Shown here: piece by piece, positions 16,439 through 25,620 of the stretch
Position numbering within the stretch: position 1 is the stretch's first letter
Layout of the letters: each line of letters begins with the position of its first letter
IMG/VR virus record: IMGVR_UViG_3300009425_000015
Coordinates: 16,308-80,307 of that record
Reading direction: 5' to 3' (one strand)
Origin: a virus
Length of the DNA: 64,000 nt
The notes under the pieces: generated by a model
The model's input: the letters and a program-made list of their open reading frames with translations, nothing else
Databases searched by the model: none
What the model was told of the DNA's origin: nothing
Made by a program: the position numbers and the translations under genes

Positions 16439-16788
16439 GCTCCCTCTCTTTCCAAATATCTCTTATATTTTTTTATTGAAATCCGAGACTCCTCGTCGTA
16501 CGACTCTGGCAAAGGTATCCCAAGAGATAAAGCCAGCAGCTTACCGTACTCCCATGCTGATAATTCCATATTCAAGACATCATCCTCAGTGCCCGAAGCA
16601 TGTCCTAAGATTGCATGCGATGCCTCGTGCAATAGTCCGCATAAGCATGACTCTGCGGTTTGGCTAGAATTCATCTCTATTAGACATGAGTCGTGATAGT
16701 AGCTATCTTCGTATGCTGAGTCGTAATCAACAACGATGTCGTACTCTTCGAGTAAAAGATGCTCGATTCTTCTAAGTAACTCTTCCAA
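16435..16788 (-). CDS. HExxH metallopeptidase-like (ImmA/IrrE-type)
   Basis: LLHEASH followed by ELSAW. Confidence 0.65.
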   Translation of the reverse strand: MEELLRRIEHLLLEEYDIVVDYDSAYEDSYYHDSCLIEMNSSQTAESCLCGLLHEASHAILGHASGTEDDVLNMELSAWEYGKLLALSLGIPLPESYDEESRISIKKYKRYLEREGA

Positions 16789-16814
16789 AACTCAAATCCC
16801 CTAACTATTAACTA

Positions 16815-16843
16815 ATTCTACCAGATCTAAGATAGAATGTCAA
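16815..16843 (-). promoter_or_regulatory. sigma70-type promoter TTGACA-N17-TAGAAT
   Basis: TTGACA TTCTATCTTAGATCTGG TAGAAT; -35 overlaps the stop of 16840..17127. Confidence 0.65.
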
Positions 16844-17127
16844 GAGCCAGAAGATATTTTATTCAGAACTAGTGCCCCGATGACACCAACAAAACTGGTG
16901 AACAATATCCACATCATCTTCGTGGAGGTGGATTTCCATGTTTCAAGATTCTTAATCCTAGCATACAATCCGTCATCGGGATTATAAACCGCTTCTTTTA
17001 TTTTTGCTATATCTTGAGACATCTCTTCCTGCTTCTCTCTCATAACAGAGATATCATTCATCATCTGACTCATCTTCAAGTCTATCTTCATCATGCACTG
17101 TTCTGCGTTGGGATTCTCATTACTCAT
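16840..17127 (-). CDS. coiled-coil protein with C-terminal TM (holin/XhlA-like)
   Basis: Heptads, GLYARIKNLE, C-terminal hydrophobic helix; late motif upstream. Confidence 0.55.
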   Translation of the reverse strand: MSNENPNAEQCMMKIDLKMSQMMNDISVMREKQEEMSQDIAKIKEAVYNPDDGLYARIKNLETWKSTSTKMMWILFTSFVGVIGALVLNKISSGS

Positions 17128-17163
17128 AGCTCACCCTCCAAAGTAGGTTAGAATACACCGTAA

Positions 17164-18738
17164 TTAGTCATCGCAGTCGACAATTGCGTGATTAGTTGTC
17201 AATAATGTACCAGAAACGGATACTGCATTCACTAGGGCGCAGCGGGCAACCTTAACAGGATCAATAACCCCGACAAGATACATATCAACCATGTCTCCTG
17301 TTGAGAAATTCATGCCAGTATCACCTGATTCATTCAGAATACTGTTGATTACAACGTCCTCGGACATTCCGCAGTTTAAAGCCATTTGTCTAACCGGTGC
17401 CTGTAGCGCTTCCTTCACCACGGAAACCCCGATTGCTTGCTCTTCAGTGTCCGTTTCAACTGTCAGGTTCTCACTAATTCTCAACAAGGCGATGCCGCCG
17501 CCGGGGATGACACCCTCTTGCTGCGCCGATCTCACCGCCTCAAGTGCGTCTTCAATTCTATGCTTCTTTTCTATCATTTCAATTTCTGTTGCGGCGCCAA
17601 CCTTTATAACTGCGATACCACTAGCTAGCCTTGTAATCCTCTCCTGTACCCTCTCTGCGGCGAGGAGCGAGTCAGTCGTCTCCACCTCCCCCTTCAACAT
17701 ATCTATACGCTCCTCTGCCTTGTCAGCGTCACCGCGGCCTCCGACGATGGTGGTAAACCCTTTCGAGATCTCGATTGACTGAGCCGATCCGAATTGTTGC
17801 ATTTCAACGTTCTTAACATCGTCTCCTCGTGATTTCTCAAAATAATGCCCACCTGTGGCGATAGCTAAGTCGCTCATGATACCGCGGCGCTCCTCTCCAT
17901 ACCGAGGGGCTTTAATAGCTGCCACTTTCATAGTGCCTCTCATGGAATTCATGATTAACGCAGCAAGTGCTTGGCCAGAAATATCATCTGCGACAATGAC
18001 AAAAGGCTTGTTCTCCCGCGCAGCTATCTCTAGCGATGGAAGTATTTGCTCTACGTTTTCTATTTTCTCATTCACAATTAAGAACATCGGGTTTTCGTAA
18101 TTCACAGTGCCGCGTCTTTCGTCTGTAACAAAAGCCCCGGCTGCGTAGCCTGCATCCATGCGAAAGCCCTCTTTTAATTCTAGCGTAGTTTCTACTGAGC
18201 GTGCTTCTTCGATTGTTATAGCGCCATCTTTCCCGACTCTATCGACAGCCAGAGCAATAAGATTTCCTATCTCCAAATCCCCATTCGCGGATATCGTCGC
18301 AATGTGTGACACGTCCTGTTGACTCTGTATGGGGCGCGAGGATTCCTTGAGCCTCTCAGACACCTTCGCTACGGCTTTGTCCATCCCTCTCTTTATTTCG
18401 ATTGGCGAGGCGCCAGAAACCAAGTGTGCCATGGCAGACTTAAGTATTGCGCGAGCGAGCACAGTCGAAGTTGTCGTACCATCACCAGCATCAACGTTTG
18501 TTTTCGCTGCTGCCTGCTTTACAATCTGCGCTCCCAAGTTTTCAAACTCATCCTCAAACGAAATGAACTTAGCAACAGTCACTCCGTCTTTAGTTATGTA
18601 CGGCCTGCGGTTTTTCTCTTTAATGATAACGTTCCTTCCGCGTGGGCCCATCGTCGATGCCACGTTATCGGCTAAAGCATTAACACCTTTCATTAGCTTC
18701 TCTCTTAAAGAAATTTTCGAATCATACTTTTTAGACAT
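17164..18738 (-). CDS. groEL: chaperonin GroEL
   Basis: MGPRGRNV, TKDGVTVA, GDGTTT, PGGG, GVIDP; lacks GGM tail. Confidence 0.97.
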   Translation of the reverse strand: MSKKYDSKISLREKLMKGVNALADNVASTMGPRGRNVIIKEKNRRPYITKDGVTVAKFISFEDEFENLGAQIVKQAAAKTNVDAGDGTTTSTVLARAILKSAMAHLVSGASPIEIKRGMDKAVAKVSERLKESSRPIQSQQDVSHIATISANGDLEIGNLIALAVDRVGKDGAITIEEARSVETTLELKEGFRMDAGYAAGAFVTDERRGTVNYENPMFLIVNEKIENVEQILPSLEIAARENKPFVIVADDISGQALAALIMNSMRGTMKVAAIKAPRYGEERRGIMSDLAIATGGHYFEKSRGDDVKNVEMQQFGSAQSIEISKGFTTIVGGRGDADKAEERIDMLKGEVETTDSLLAAERVQERITRLASGIAVIKVGAATEIEMIEKKHRIEDALEAVRSAQQEGVIPGGGIALLRISENLTVETDTEEQAIGVSVVKEALQAPVRQMALNCGMSEDVVINSILNESGDTGMNFSTGDMVDMYLVGVIDPVKVARCALVNAVSVSGTLLTTNHAIVDCDD

Positions 18739-18771
18739 TATTACCCCTTTGTAAAATCAAGTACCCTATAT

Positions 18772-18799
18772 ATTATAATCATTTTATCAGATTTGTCAA
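18772..18799 (-). promoter_or_regulatory. sigma70-type promoter for groEL (TTGACA-N16-TATAAT)
   Basis: TTGACA AATCTGATAAAATGAT TATAAT. Confidence 0.65.
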
Positions 18800-18810
18800 G
18801 TGTTTTAAAA

Positions 18811-20013
18811 TTAAATACGGCCGGCGGATTTAGAGACAGCGTCGGCTGAACTCTTCACTTTTCCTGCTTTTTCTTTCGTATTTGCTGATGGGGCATAAAG
18901 TAGCTCCGTTGATTTTTTACTAAGATCTTGCAGGGTTGATAGTAAGCCTTTAAATTTCTCGTCCAGATCAGACAGTATCTGCTCTGTGCGCGCCTCTACA
19001 TTTTCGAACTCTATCGTTCCAAGATGCTGATATGCTGCCTGATTTAAGAGCCAGGAGCTGTCCACCTTCATTCCTTCTGGCTCCCTTGGCGAATCCACGC
19101 CTAGGTGCCTCTTTATCGTCGGAACACTTTTCGCAAATTGACTTTTAGAAGATACTCTAGACATAAGCGGATCTCCGGGAACATATTTGTCAGATTTCTT
19201 TTTCCTACCCTTCCTCTGTTTCTTAATATATTTCCTTGGGGCTCTCTCTCGAAATGCGTCGATGACTTCCTCAGAGATATGGAAAGCTTCAAAAGATAAA
19301 GTATTCTTACCCTTATCCGCAACAATGTAAGTAAACCCTTCAGGGTATTTCTCTAGCGACATTTTTATCGAAGCTTCGCTGAATTTTACTTTTGTTGCCC
19401 CTGAGGATATTAATTTTATTGATGTCGCAAGACTGGGGAAATCGACATCAACCACGCCGGAATCTTTCGTCTTCTTGTTGTCCGGACGTATACGCTCTCC
19501 ACCAAACACTAAAGCCATTAGAACTTCAAACAAAAATCCGGCAGATGATGCATCCGGTGTTTTTTGCAAATTATAAAATATTCTCAAAACCTGTATTGTT
19601 GATAGCGCAGCTGCATGATCATTGACGCTCACAGAACTATTCAAGAATGAATTCATCTCATTTATGAAGCTCCCCAAGTCTCTGATGTCTCTTGTCACCC
19701 TAAGACTTTCCAACGCTGACTTTAGCTTTTCTTTTTCGTGCGGAAAGGACGCGCCCTCAGCATTGATGCTCAGCCAGCTGGGATCAAGCTGAAAGTCTGG
19801 TATCAGCAATTTCACCTCTTTGCTCGTCCCTTTCGCACTAGCTGATTCTAATATCTCCGGATTTTGCTCAACCTCAGTGGCGGCTTCAACCTTCTTATCG
19901 AAGGGTGATGAGCCTTCAACCTGCTCCACCAGCTCAACTAGGTTCTTAAAATTTAGAACGTTCTGGGCTTTGCGGGGTAAAAATTTCTCTACTATATCCT
20001 CGAACGACGGCAT
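18811..20013 (-). CDS. hypothetical protein with PD-(D/E)XK-like motif
   Basis: GFLFE...VVDV...SIKL; GGAGG RBS; late motif upstream. Confidence 0.6.
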   Translation of the reverse strand: MPSFEDIVEKFLPRKAQNVLNFKNLVELVEQVEGSSPFDKKVEAATEVEQNPEILESASAKGTSKEVKLLIPDFQLDPSWLSINAEGASFPHEKEKLKSALESLRVTRDIRDLGSFINEMNSFLNSSVSVNDHAAALSTIQVLRIFYNLQKTPDASSAGFLFEVLMALVFGGERIRPDNKKTKDSGVVDVDFPSLATSIKLISSGATKVKFSEASIKMSLEKYPEGFTYIVADKGKNTLSFEAFHISEEVIDAFRERAPRKYIKKQRKGRKKKSDKYVPGDPLMSRVSSKSQFAKSVPTIKRHLGVDSPREPEGMKVDSSWLLNQAAYQHLGTIEFENVEARTEQILSDLDEKFKGLLSTLQDLSKKSTELLYAPSANTKEKAGKVKSSADAVSKSAGRI

Positions 20014-20047
20014 TGGGTATCCTCCATCTTAATTAGTTACGTGCAAG

Positions 20048-20815
20048 TTAAATTACCACATCTGCAATGCCATGCTCGATAGCTTCTTCTGCAGACAGGT
20101 ATACGTCAACATTCTTTTTCAAAAATTTACGAATTCTCTTCTCAGAAAGGTTTGTCTCAGCTGCTAAACACTTAACATACTGGCTTTGGATCCACCTAAC
20201 TTCTGATATTTCATTCTCCATATTTAGGAAGCTTCCGTGATAGCCGCCGTTAACACTGTGTATCATTACTCGACAATTGGCGCCGATTTCCCTTTTGCCT
20301 TTGGTGCCAGCTGCTAGCAAAAGTACTCCGGCAGACATTACCTTCCCCATCCCAACGGTGTTTACATCGCAGGTTTCCTTAACCAGGTTTATAGTGTCGT
20401 ATATCGCAAACATCTCCGAGGCAGTGCCGCCGTTTGTTGAAATTAAAAAACTCATCGACTTTCTTGATTTGGACTCTTCTAAAGTCTCCTCTTCAATTTC
20501 ATCGCTTGACTCGTCATTATCTCGGGCAGGGTGTGCGTGATCTTTAAGGAACATGAGAGACTGAACAATTTCGGATCCTTTTTCTTCAGTTAAATCCCCG
20601 TAGAGAGTCATACTTCTCAGTAGCGATGGTTCTGAGCTTGGCTGCTCTATGTTGTTGATTATTACAAACCGTTCTTCGTCAATTGACGAAGCTTCGTCAA
20701 ATTTGAAGTCGTCATCAATAATGATATCTTCCACCTTCCCTTCTTTCGATGATGGCTTCCCCTTGCTCTTCCTATCCTTCGATTTTTTATCACTACTTTT
20801 ATCTTTTTCTTTCAT
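20048..20815 (-). CDS. clpP: ClpP-family protease with charged N-terminal extension
   Basis: ISTNGG, GKVMSAG (Ser), VMIHS (His), DVYLSAEEAIEHGIAD (Asp). Confidence 0.92.
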   Translation of the reverse strand: MKEKDKSSDKKSKDRKSKGKPSSKEGKVEDIIIDDDFKFDEASSIDEERFVIINNIEQPSSEPSLLRSMTLYGDLTEEKGSEIVQSLMFLKDHAHPARDNDESSDEIEEETLEESKSRKSMSFLISTNGGTASEMFAIYDTINLVKETCDVNTVGMGKVMSAGVLLLAAGTKGKREIGANCRVMIHSVNGGYHGSFLNMENEISEVRWIQSQYVKCLAAETNLSEKRIRKFLKKNVDVYLSAEEAIEHGIADVVI

Positions 20816-21092
20816 TAAATGTCCTTTTCTTTTCCCGTTTATCTGATAGTTCTACTATTTGGAAGGATAAGCCTTTTGCGAAGGCTACCCATTCCACCCT
20901 TGTACTAAATTCTCTTTCCAACAACACAATGCTCTTCTTAGTTAACGCGTTATATCCCTGCCCCACATTCTTACCTCCGATTTCCGCTGATGCCTGCTTA
21001 AGCAATGTCGGCATTGCAGTTACCTGGAAGATATATAAGAAACCACTTTTTTCTTCCTTTCTCCAAGCGTATGCTTCTATACCACCTTTCAT
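20799..21092 (-). CDS. hypothetical protein
   Basis: ATG 21092 in ATGA overlap; GGAGG RBS. Confidence 0.65.
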   Translation of the reverse strand: MKGGIEAYAWRKEEKSGFLYIFQVTAMPTLLKQASAEIGGKNVGQGYNALTKKSIVLLEREFSTRVEWVAFAKGLSFQIVELSDKREKKRTFNERKR

Positions 21093-21472
21093 CGTTTTTT
21101 GTCCTCCATTCTTTGCCTTAAAACCCGTTGGGCTTCGTCCCAATTAGTATACTGAACAAACTTATGAAAATATCTTGGCATAGAGCCTATTAAGTTAATT
21201 ATAACTCCGTCGCGCCACAGTGCTAAAGTTGCTGCGTCTTTCTTGCGGAGAAGCTTCAATGCCTCTTTGCTAGCGCCCTCGGCTTTCAGCTGCTTATACT
21301 TGATTTTGAAAGACATTTCAATGTCCGTACTTGCCGCACGTAACATATTAAGTGTCAGTGTGTCTAGGCGTGTGAACAGAATATATCCGTTCCCTAACGC
21401 TAGCACATAGGTTATCACCTTGTAAAAAAGTGCCCCTCCAAAAAACCACATCAATGATTCGTAAAAATCCAT
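21089..21472 (-). CDS. N-terminal TM hypothetical protein
   Basis: Hydrophobic N-terminus; promoter immediately upstream. Confidence 0.7.
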   Translation of the reverse strand: MDFYESLMWFFGGALFYKVITYVLALGNGYILFTRLDTLTLNMLRAASTDIEMSFKIKYKQLKAEGASKEALKLLRKKDAATLALWRDGVIINLIGSMPRYFHKFVQYTNWDEAQRVLRQRMEDKKR

Positions 21473-21479
21473 ATTACTT

Positions 21480-21507
21480 ATTATACCAAATTTATCAGAT
21501 ATGTCAA
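21480..21507 (-). promoter_or_regulatory. sigma70-type promoter TTGACA-N16-TATAAT
   Basis: TTGACA TATCTGATAAATTTGG TATAAT. Confidence 0.65.
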
Positions 21508-21508
21508 C

Positions 21509-21545
21509 AAAAAAGTCCCCATTATAAATTTATAATGGGGACTTT
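21509..21545 (-). terminator. intrinsic terminator formed by a perfect 34-bp palindrome
   Basis: AAAGTCCCCATTATAAATTTATAATGGGGACTTT (21512-21545) with a T-tract on the minus strand. Confidence 0.75.
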
Positions 21546-21572
21546 GACATAAGCAAGAAAATGTCTAATTCG

Positions 21573-22121
21573 CTATTTCTTCATTCGCTCACGAACGATT
21601 CTAGAAGTAACTCTTTTCATGACTTCGTTAACTAAATTATCAAAGCCTTCCTCTTCCATAAGCTCGTCTTCTGGTTCTTCGCCGGGTAGAGCCTCAGGAG
21701 CCTCAGGAGCCTCAGCCTCGGGCCCGGGCTCAAATTCTTCTTCTTCGTCTTCTGGCGCTTCTTCGCCTTCTGGTGCTTCTTCGCCTTCTGGCGCTTCGAC
21801 TCCAGCTGCCTGCAATTTCTTACCCAAGCTCACTAGTATCGCTGCTTCTTCATCAGTAAGCTCCATGTCTCCTTCTTCGTCAGGACCACCTGGATCTTCA
21901 ACTGGAACATCGTCCATCGGATCCTCTTCCTCTTCCTCTCCTGCCGGATCACCTTGCATAGGTTCTTCGCCTGGCGGAGGGGCGCCCATGGGGTCTTCTC
22001 GCTCTTCCTCCTCCTCTTCTGTCACAAAATTTTCTTTTATAAAAGAATTGCTAGGAGCGCCTATCGAGGCTAACTTCATAAAACGTCTTATTGTGTTTTC
22101 TTGTAAAATTTTCTTGCTCAT
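21573..22121 (-). CDS. highly acidic low-complexity protein (head scaffold/core-like)
   Basis: E/P/D-rich, EAPEGE tandem repeats; late motif upstream. Confidence 0.7.
   Translation of the reverse strand: MSKKILQENTIRRFMKLASIGAPSNSFIKENFVTEEEEEEREDPMGAPPPGEEPMQGDPAGEEEEEDPMDDVPVEDPGGPDEEGDMELTDEEAAILVSLGKKLQAAGVEAPEGEEAPEGEEAPEDEEEEFEPGPEAEAPEAPEALPGEEPEDELMEEEGFDNLVNEVMKRVTSRIVRERMKK
21690..21797. repeat. 9-bp and 18-bp coding tandem repeats
   Basis: agcctcagg x2-3 and ttcttcgccttctggYgc x2-3, encoding EAP / EAPEGE. Confidence 0.7.
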
Positions 22122-22189
22122 TTGATTTCTCCCTTGTAAGTTTAAACTCTATCAAAGCTATTAGCATGCTATGTCTCTACTAAATAGTT

Positions 22190-22447
22190 CTAATTTTCAT
22201 AAAAACCTTCTTTATTTTTCCAAGATTTTCTCTTCCTCAACTTCTCTAAGGCTTGCTGTTCTATCTGCCTAACTCTGACAAAACTAACCCCGATTCTTTC
22301 ACCTACCTGCTCAAGCGTCATATTACCATGCCTGTAAACAGATATTAACGAACAGTTGAAATCTTCTGCGAAATCCATCCAGTGGCGACACTCTGATTTA
22401 TCGCACACATAATCCTTGTCTATACACTCTTTTGAACATTGTTTCAC
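22190..22447 (-). CDS. Cys-rich N-terminus plus sigma70 region-4 HTH protein
   Basis: MTLEQVGERIGVSFVRVRQIEQQALEKLR; five N-terminal Cys. Confidence 0.85.
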   Translation of the reverse strand: MKQCSKECIDKDYVCDKSECRHWMDFAEDFNCSLISVYRHGNMTLEQVGERIGVSFVRVRQIEQQALEKLRKRKSWKNKEGFYEN

Positions 22448-22794
22448 TCAATCATCTCCTTTGCTATCATATCAAACAGTCCTTGCTTTTCTTCTGGAGA
22501 GAGATCGAAAATACCAAATAATTCCTCTCCCTCTCTTATTGCCCTTCTGGATTTTGCAATCCTTCTCTTACCATGCCTCCCCAACTCATACTTATACTCT
22601 GTTAAGTAGTCAATTATCCTCTCATCGTTATTTAGGTATCCAGTTATCATCCTCTGAAAAAACTGAATTTGCGTAATGCCATCATGTCTAAGTCTTATTC
22701 TTAAATCGCCATGGCGCTTATCATCGTCGACGAACGTTATCGTTTTTCCCTCTTTCCCATATCGATATTCTTTCTTCTCCTTGTTATCTGACAT
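22444..22794 (-). CDS. hypothetical protein
   Basis: ORF track; coupled to neighbours. Confidence 0.7.
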   Translation of the reverse strand: MSDNKEKKEYRYGKEGKTITFVDDDKRHGDLRIRLRHDGITQIQFFQRMITGYLNNDERIIDYLTEYKYELGRHGKRRIAKSRRAIREGEELFGIFDLSPEEKQGLFDMIAKEMIE

Positions 22795-23848
22795 TTAAAA
22801 TATGTGTTCCACTCTCCAGCTGAGATGCCGAAGTCTGCAAGATAAACTGGGAATTTTCCCTTAGCTCTTCCACATCCCTTGCGCCACTATAAGAAAATCC
22901 GCTTCGTACGTTGTTCGCGATGTCTTCTAGTATAAAAGATGCCGAGCCTTTATAGGGTATCGTAGTAGAAACACCCTCTAGAGAGCTAGCAAAGCCCCTC
23001 CAGTCCTCTTGAGCTTCGCGGCTTGCCATTCCCCTGTACGCCTTGTAAGACTTGCCTGAGGACTCAGTAAACACCTCTCCTGGGGCTTCTAGCGTTCCCG
23101 CTAGCATCGAACCCAACATAACGAAATCTGCACCGGCGGCGATGGCCTTAACAATATCCCCTGACGACTTGATTCCCCCATCAGCGATAATAGGCTTTGG
23201 AGTAAAATTATATTTTTCGCCCGAATGAAAGTGATTCAGCGCAGCCATTCGTGCCATGCGACATGCGAGTATCGACTGGAAGGTACTCATGCCGTGGCCT
23301 GTTTGAATTCTTGTGGAACATATGCTCCCTCCGCCGATGCCGACGCGGACGGCATCGGCGCCCCACCGGCACAAATCGACATATCCGGTGTCGGTTGCTA
23401 TGTTTCCAGCTATAATCGAGACGTCTTCACCGAAAATGTCTTTGAGAGTCTTTATCGCTCTCTCGACATTTGTGTGATGGCCGTGGGCAACATCAATGCA
23501 AATAATATCTGCACCACTTGCTACAAGTTCTTGTGCTCGAACTTTATAATTATCTGTCACGCCCACTGCTGCAGCAACATTCTCCACCCCAGCTGCCTTG
23601 GCAGCGTTAACGATTTTAGCTTGAGCTTGAATATAGTTATAACGATGAAGTATTCCAAACCCTCCTGCCTTTCCTAAAGCGGATATCATCTCCAGCTCCG
23701 TTACAGTATCCATGGGACTAGAAACAATAGGCAGACTAAACTTTACGCCATTCAACTCTGATCCTATGTCTATTTCCTTTCGGCTTTCAATGTCGCTCTT
23801 TTTTGGGACTAATAGCACATCGTCGAACGATAAGGTGTCACTAAACAT
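22784..23848 (-). CDS. guaB: IMP dehydrogenase / GMP reductase family (no CBS domain)
   Basis: [41 protein letters not shown]; GuaB vs GuaC not resolved. Confidence 0.85.
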   Translation of the reverse strand: MFSDTLSFDDVLLVPKKSDIESRKEIDIGSELNGVKFSLPIVSSPMDTVTELEMISALGKAGGFGILHRYNYIQAQAKIVNAAKAAGVENVAAAVGVTDNYKVRAQELVASGADIICIDVAHGHHTNVERAIKTLKDIFGEDVSIIAGNIATDTGYVDLCRWGADAVRVGIGGGSICSTRIQTGHGMSTFQSILACRMARMAALNHFHSGEKYNFTPKPIIADGGIKSSGDIVKAIAAGADFVMLGSMLAGTLEAPGEVFTESSGKSYKAYRGMASREAQEDWRGFASSLEGVSTTIPYKGSASFILEDIANNVRSGFSYSGARDVEELRENSQFILQTSASQLESGTHILNVR

Positions 23849-24116
23849 TTCCCGCCTCCACGTCTTTTTGAATTTCCATTAGCATCTCAGTTGCTCGCGT
23901 CCAGCACTCTGGACAATACAAATTTACCTTATTTTGCTTTTCTCTCACAACAACCCTCCATGAAGAAACCTGCTCCTTGTCAGACTTATCAAATTTGGCG
24001 GAGCAGGACAAACACTCTTCAGACAGTTTACCCATTAAGGAAACTTTCTCTTCCAAATCTTTCCCTGCCACCTTCTTCTTATTTCTATTAATTTTTCTTA
24101 TTGCCGAAGACATCAA
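23841..24116 (-). CDS. zinc-finger hypothetical protein
   Basis: CLSC...CPECW. Confidence 0.7.
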   Translation of the reverse strand: MMSSAIRKINRNKKKVAGKDLEEKVSLMGKLSEECLSCSAKFDKSDKEQVSSWRVVVREKQNKVNLYCPECWTRATEMLMEIQKDVEAGNV

Positions 24117-24562
24117 AAGTCCCCCGTCGAGCCGAGTGCTCCGGATCCGCGAGTGGTGCTGGACTCATACACACTATCCTCCTGTATCTCTTCAAACTCT
24201 GCTGCAGCGATAGGAACAAGGACGGCTTGTGCAACCTTCTCGCCGGGAAGAATAGTTTGTCTGAGCGCCCCGATGTTATGCAGGTTCACAAACACTTCAC
24301 CATTGTAGCCGCTGTCGACAACACAGGCACCGACAACCAAAGATCTCTTGAATGCCACTCCTGACTTGTTTTTGATTTCGAGCATATATCCGGCTGGTAC
24401 GCCAATCTTCAACCCAGTTGGGATTAGTTCACTTTCGTTCTCATAAACGACAAGCGGATCCTCCGCCTCTGGACAATAAAAGATGTCTGCTCCTGCATCT
24501 GTCGGGTGTGCCCTGACGGGCAGTTTCGCATTTTCTCTAACCTTGAATACTTTGAGTTTCAT
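24113..24562 (-). CDS. dut: dUTPase (trimeric)
   Basis: AGAD, KSG, VDSGYNGE, AQ, RGSGALGSTG motifs. Confidence 0.95.
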   Translation of the reverse strand: MKLKVFKVRENAKLPVRAHPTDAGADIFYCPEAEDPLVVYENESELIPTGLKIGVPAGYMLEIKNKSGVAFKRSLVVGACVVDSGYNGEVFVNLHNIGALRQTILPGEKVAQAVLVPIAAAEFEEIQEDSVYESSTTRGSGALGSTGDF

Positions 24563-24565
24563 TTT

Positions 24566-25384
24566 CTATCTCCTTTTTCCCATAAATACACACCCATCTA
24601 CAATCTTTCTAGAATGATATATGTCGTCCTGACTACTCAACACTTCGCGAACACAGTCAACGGTGGAATGTATGACGGATGATGCTTCGAAATCAAACTT
24701 TCCAAAGTAATCAGACAAGAACAAGCTAGCAATATTATCCCTGACTCTAGAAGATTTCATCACCCTTCTCATTTCCTTATCCACTTCAGGCTCCCGGTGT
24801 ACTAACCTCAGTGCTTCGCCTTGAAGTATATTGTTTGGAGCACTCACCTGCTCAAGACGCTGTCGGCGAGCGTCGGCCACGATGACATTTTTTGCCAAAT
24901 TAAAAACTTTCATAAAATCTAAGATTTTCTCAGTTATATGGCCCTGCATGCTACCATCGTCTAGAGATGCTATAGCCGAATTGAAAACTTCTCGATGCAT
25001 CGAACACCGGAAGTTATCGAAGAAATCAGCAACCTCAGACACAACCATCCTCTCCTCGGCAGCTGCAAATCTTTGTGCAGCGGACAAAGGAATATCTCCA
25101 TTTTTTATCAGATACTTTACCTCTCTTGCTAGCCTCATAGTGCCGGAATGGCCATAAAATTTATCCCAATTCTCGAAAATCTCTTGAAAGTTCTCCTCCG
25201 TCAACTCAACTTCAGGACTCAAGTAACTCAAGCGCCCACTTGAATATTCTTCTTTAAATTTATTCTTGGCAGCATTTTCAATTTGCTCGTCCGTTGCAAC
25301 ACTGCACCATTTCAAATATTTGCTTGTATAAACTTCAACTTTCCCATTGAGCTTCTTGCTCACCTTCGACTGTTTTATTTTCAT
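24566..25384 (-). CDS. hypothetical protein
   Basis: ATG 25384 in TAATG overlap; AGGAG RBS. Confidence 0.7.
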   Translation of the reverse strand: MKIKQSKVSKKLNGKVEVYTSKYLKWCSVATDEQIENAAKNKFKEEYSSGRLSYLSPEVELTEENFQEIFENWDKFYGHSGTMRLAREVKYLIKNGDIPLSAAQRFAAAEERMVVSEVADFFDNFRCSMHREVFNSAIASLDDGSMQGHITEKILDFMKVFNLAKNVIVADARRQRLEQVSAPNNILQGEALRLVHREPEVDKEMRRVMKSSRVRDNIASLFLSDYFGKFDFEASSVIHSTVDCVREVLSSQDDIYHSRKIVDGCVFMGKRR

Positions 25385-25620
25385 TAGCTGTCTCCTTTTT
25401 GACAAATTATCTCTGATTCTGTTTCTATCCACACCTTCGCACCACAAGAGAGTGGCTTATCCGGTGAGTAAACGACCTTGCAAGGGCCGTCTATGTAAAC
25501 CTCATAACAGTATGTGTTGCTCTTGTATGTCTTCACAGTTATCACCGGCTCTCTCGCATTGTCGGGCAACTTAGAGTTCGCCCTTATCTTATGTTGATTT
25601 ACGTGGATTCTCTTTTTCAT
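25384..25620 (-). CDS. conserved phage hypothetical protein
   Basis: KRIHVNQH...PVITVK...PLSCGAKVWIET, a common phage family signature. Confidence 0.75.
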   Translation of the reverse strand: MKKRIHVNQHKIRANSKLPDNAREPVITVKTYKSNTYCYEVYIDGPCKVVYSPDKPLSCGAKVWIETESEIICQKGDS

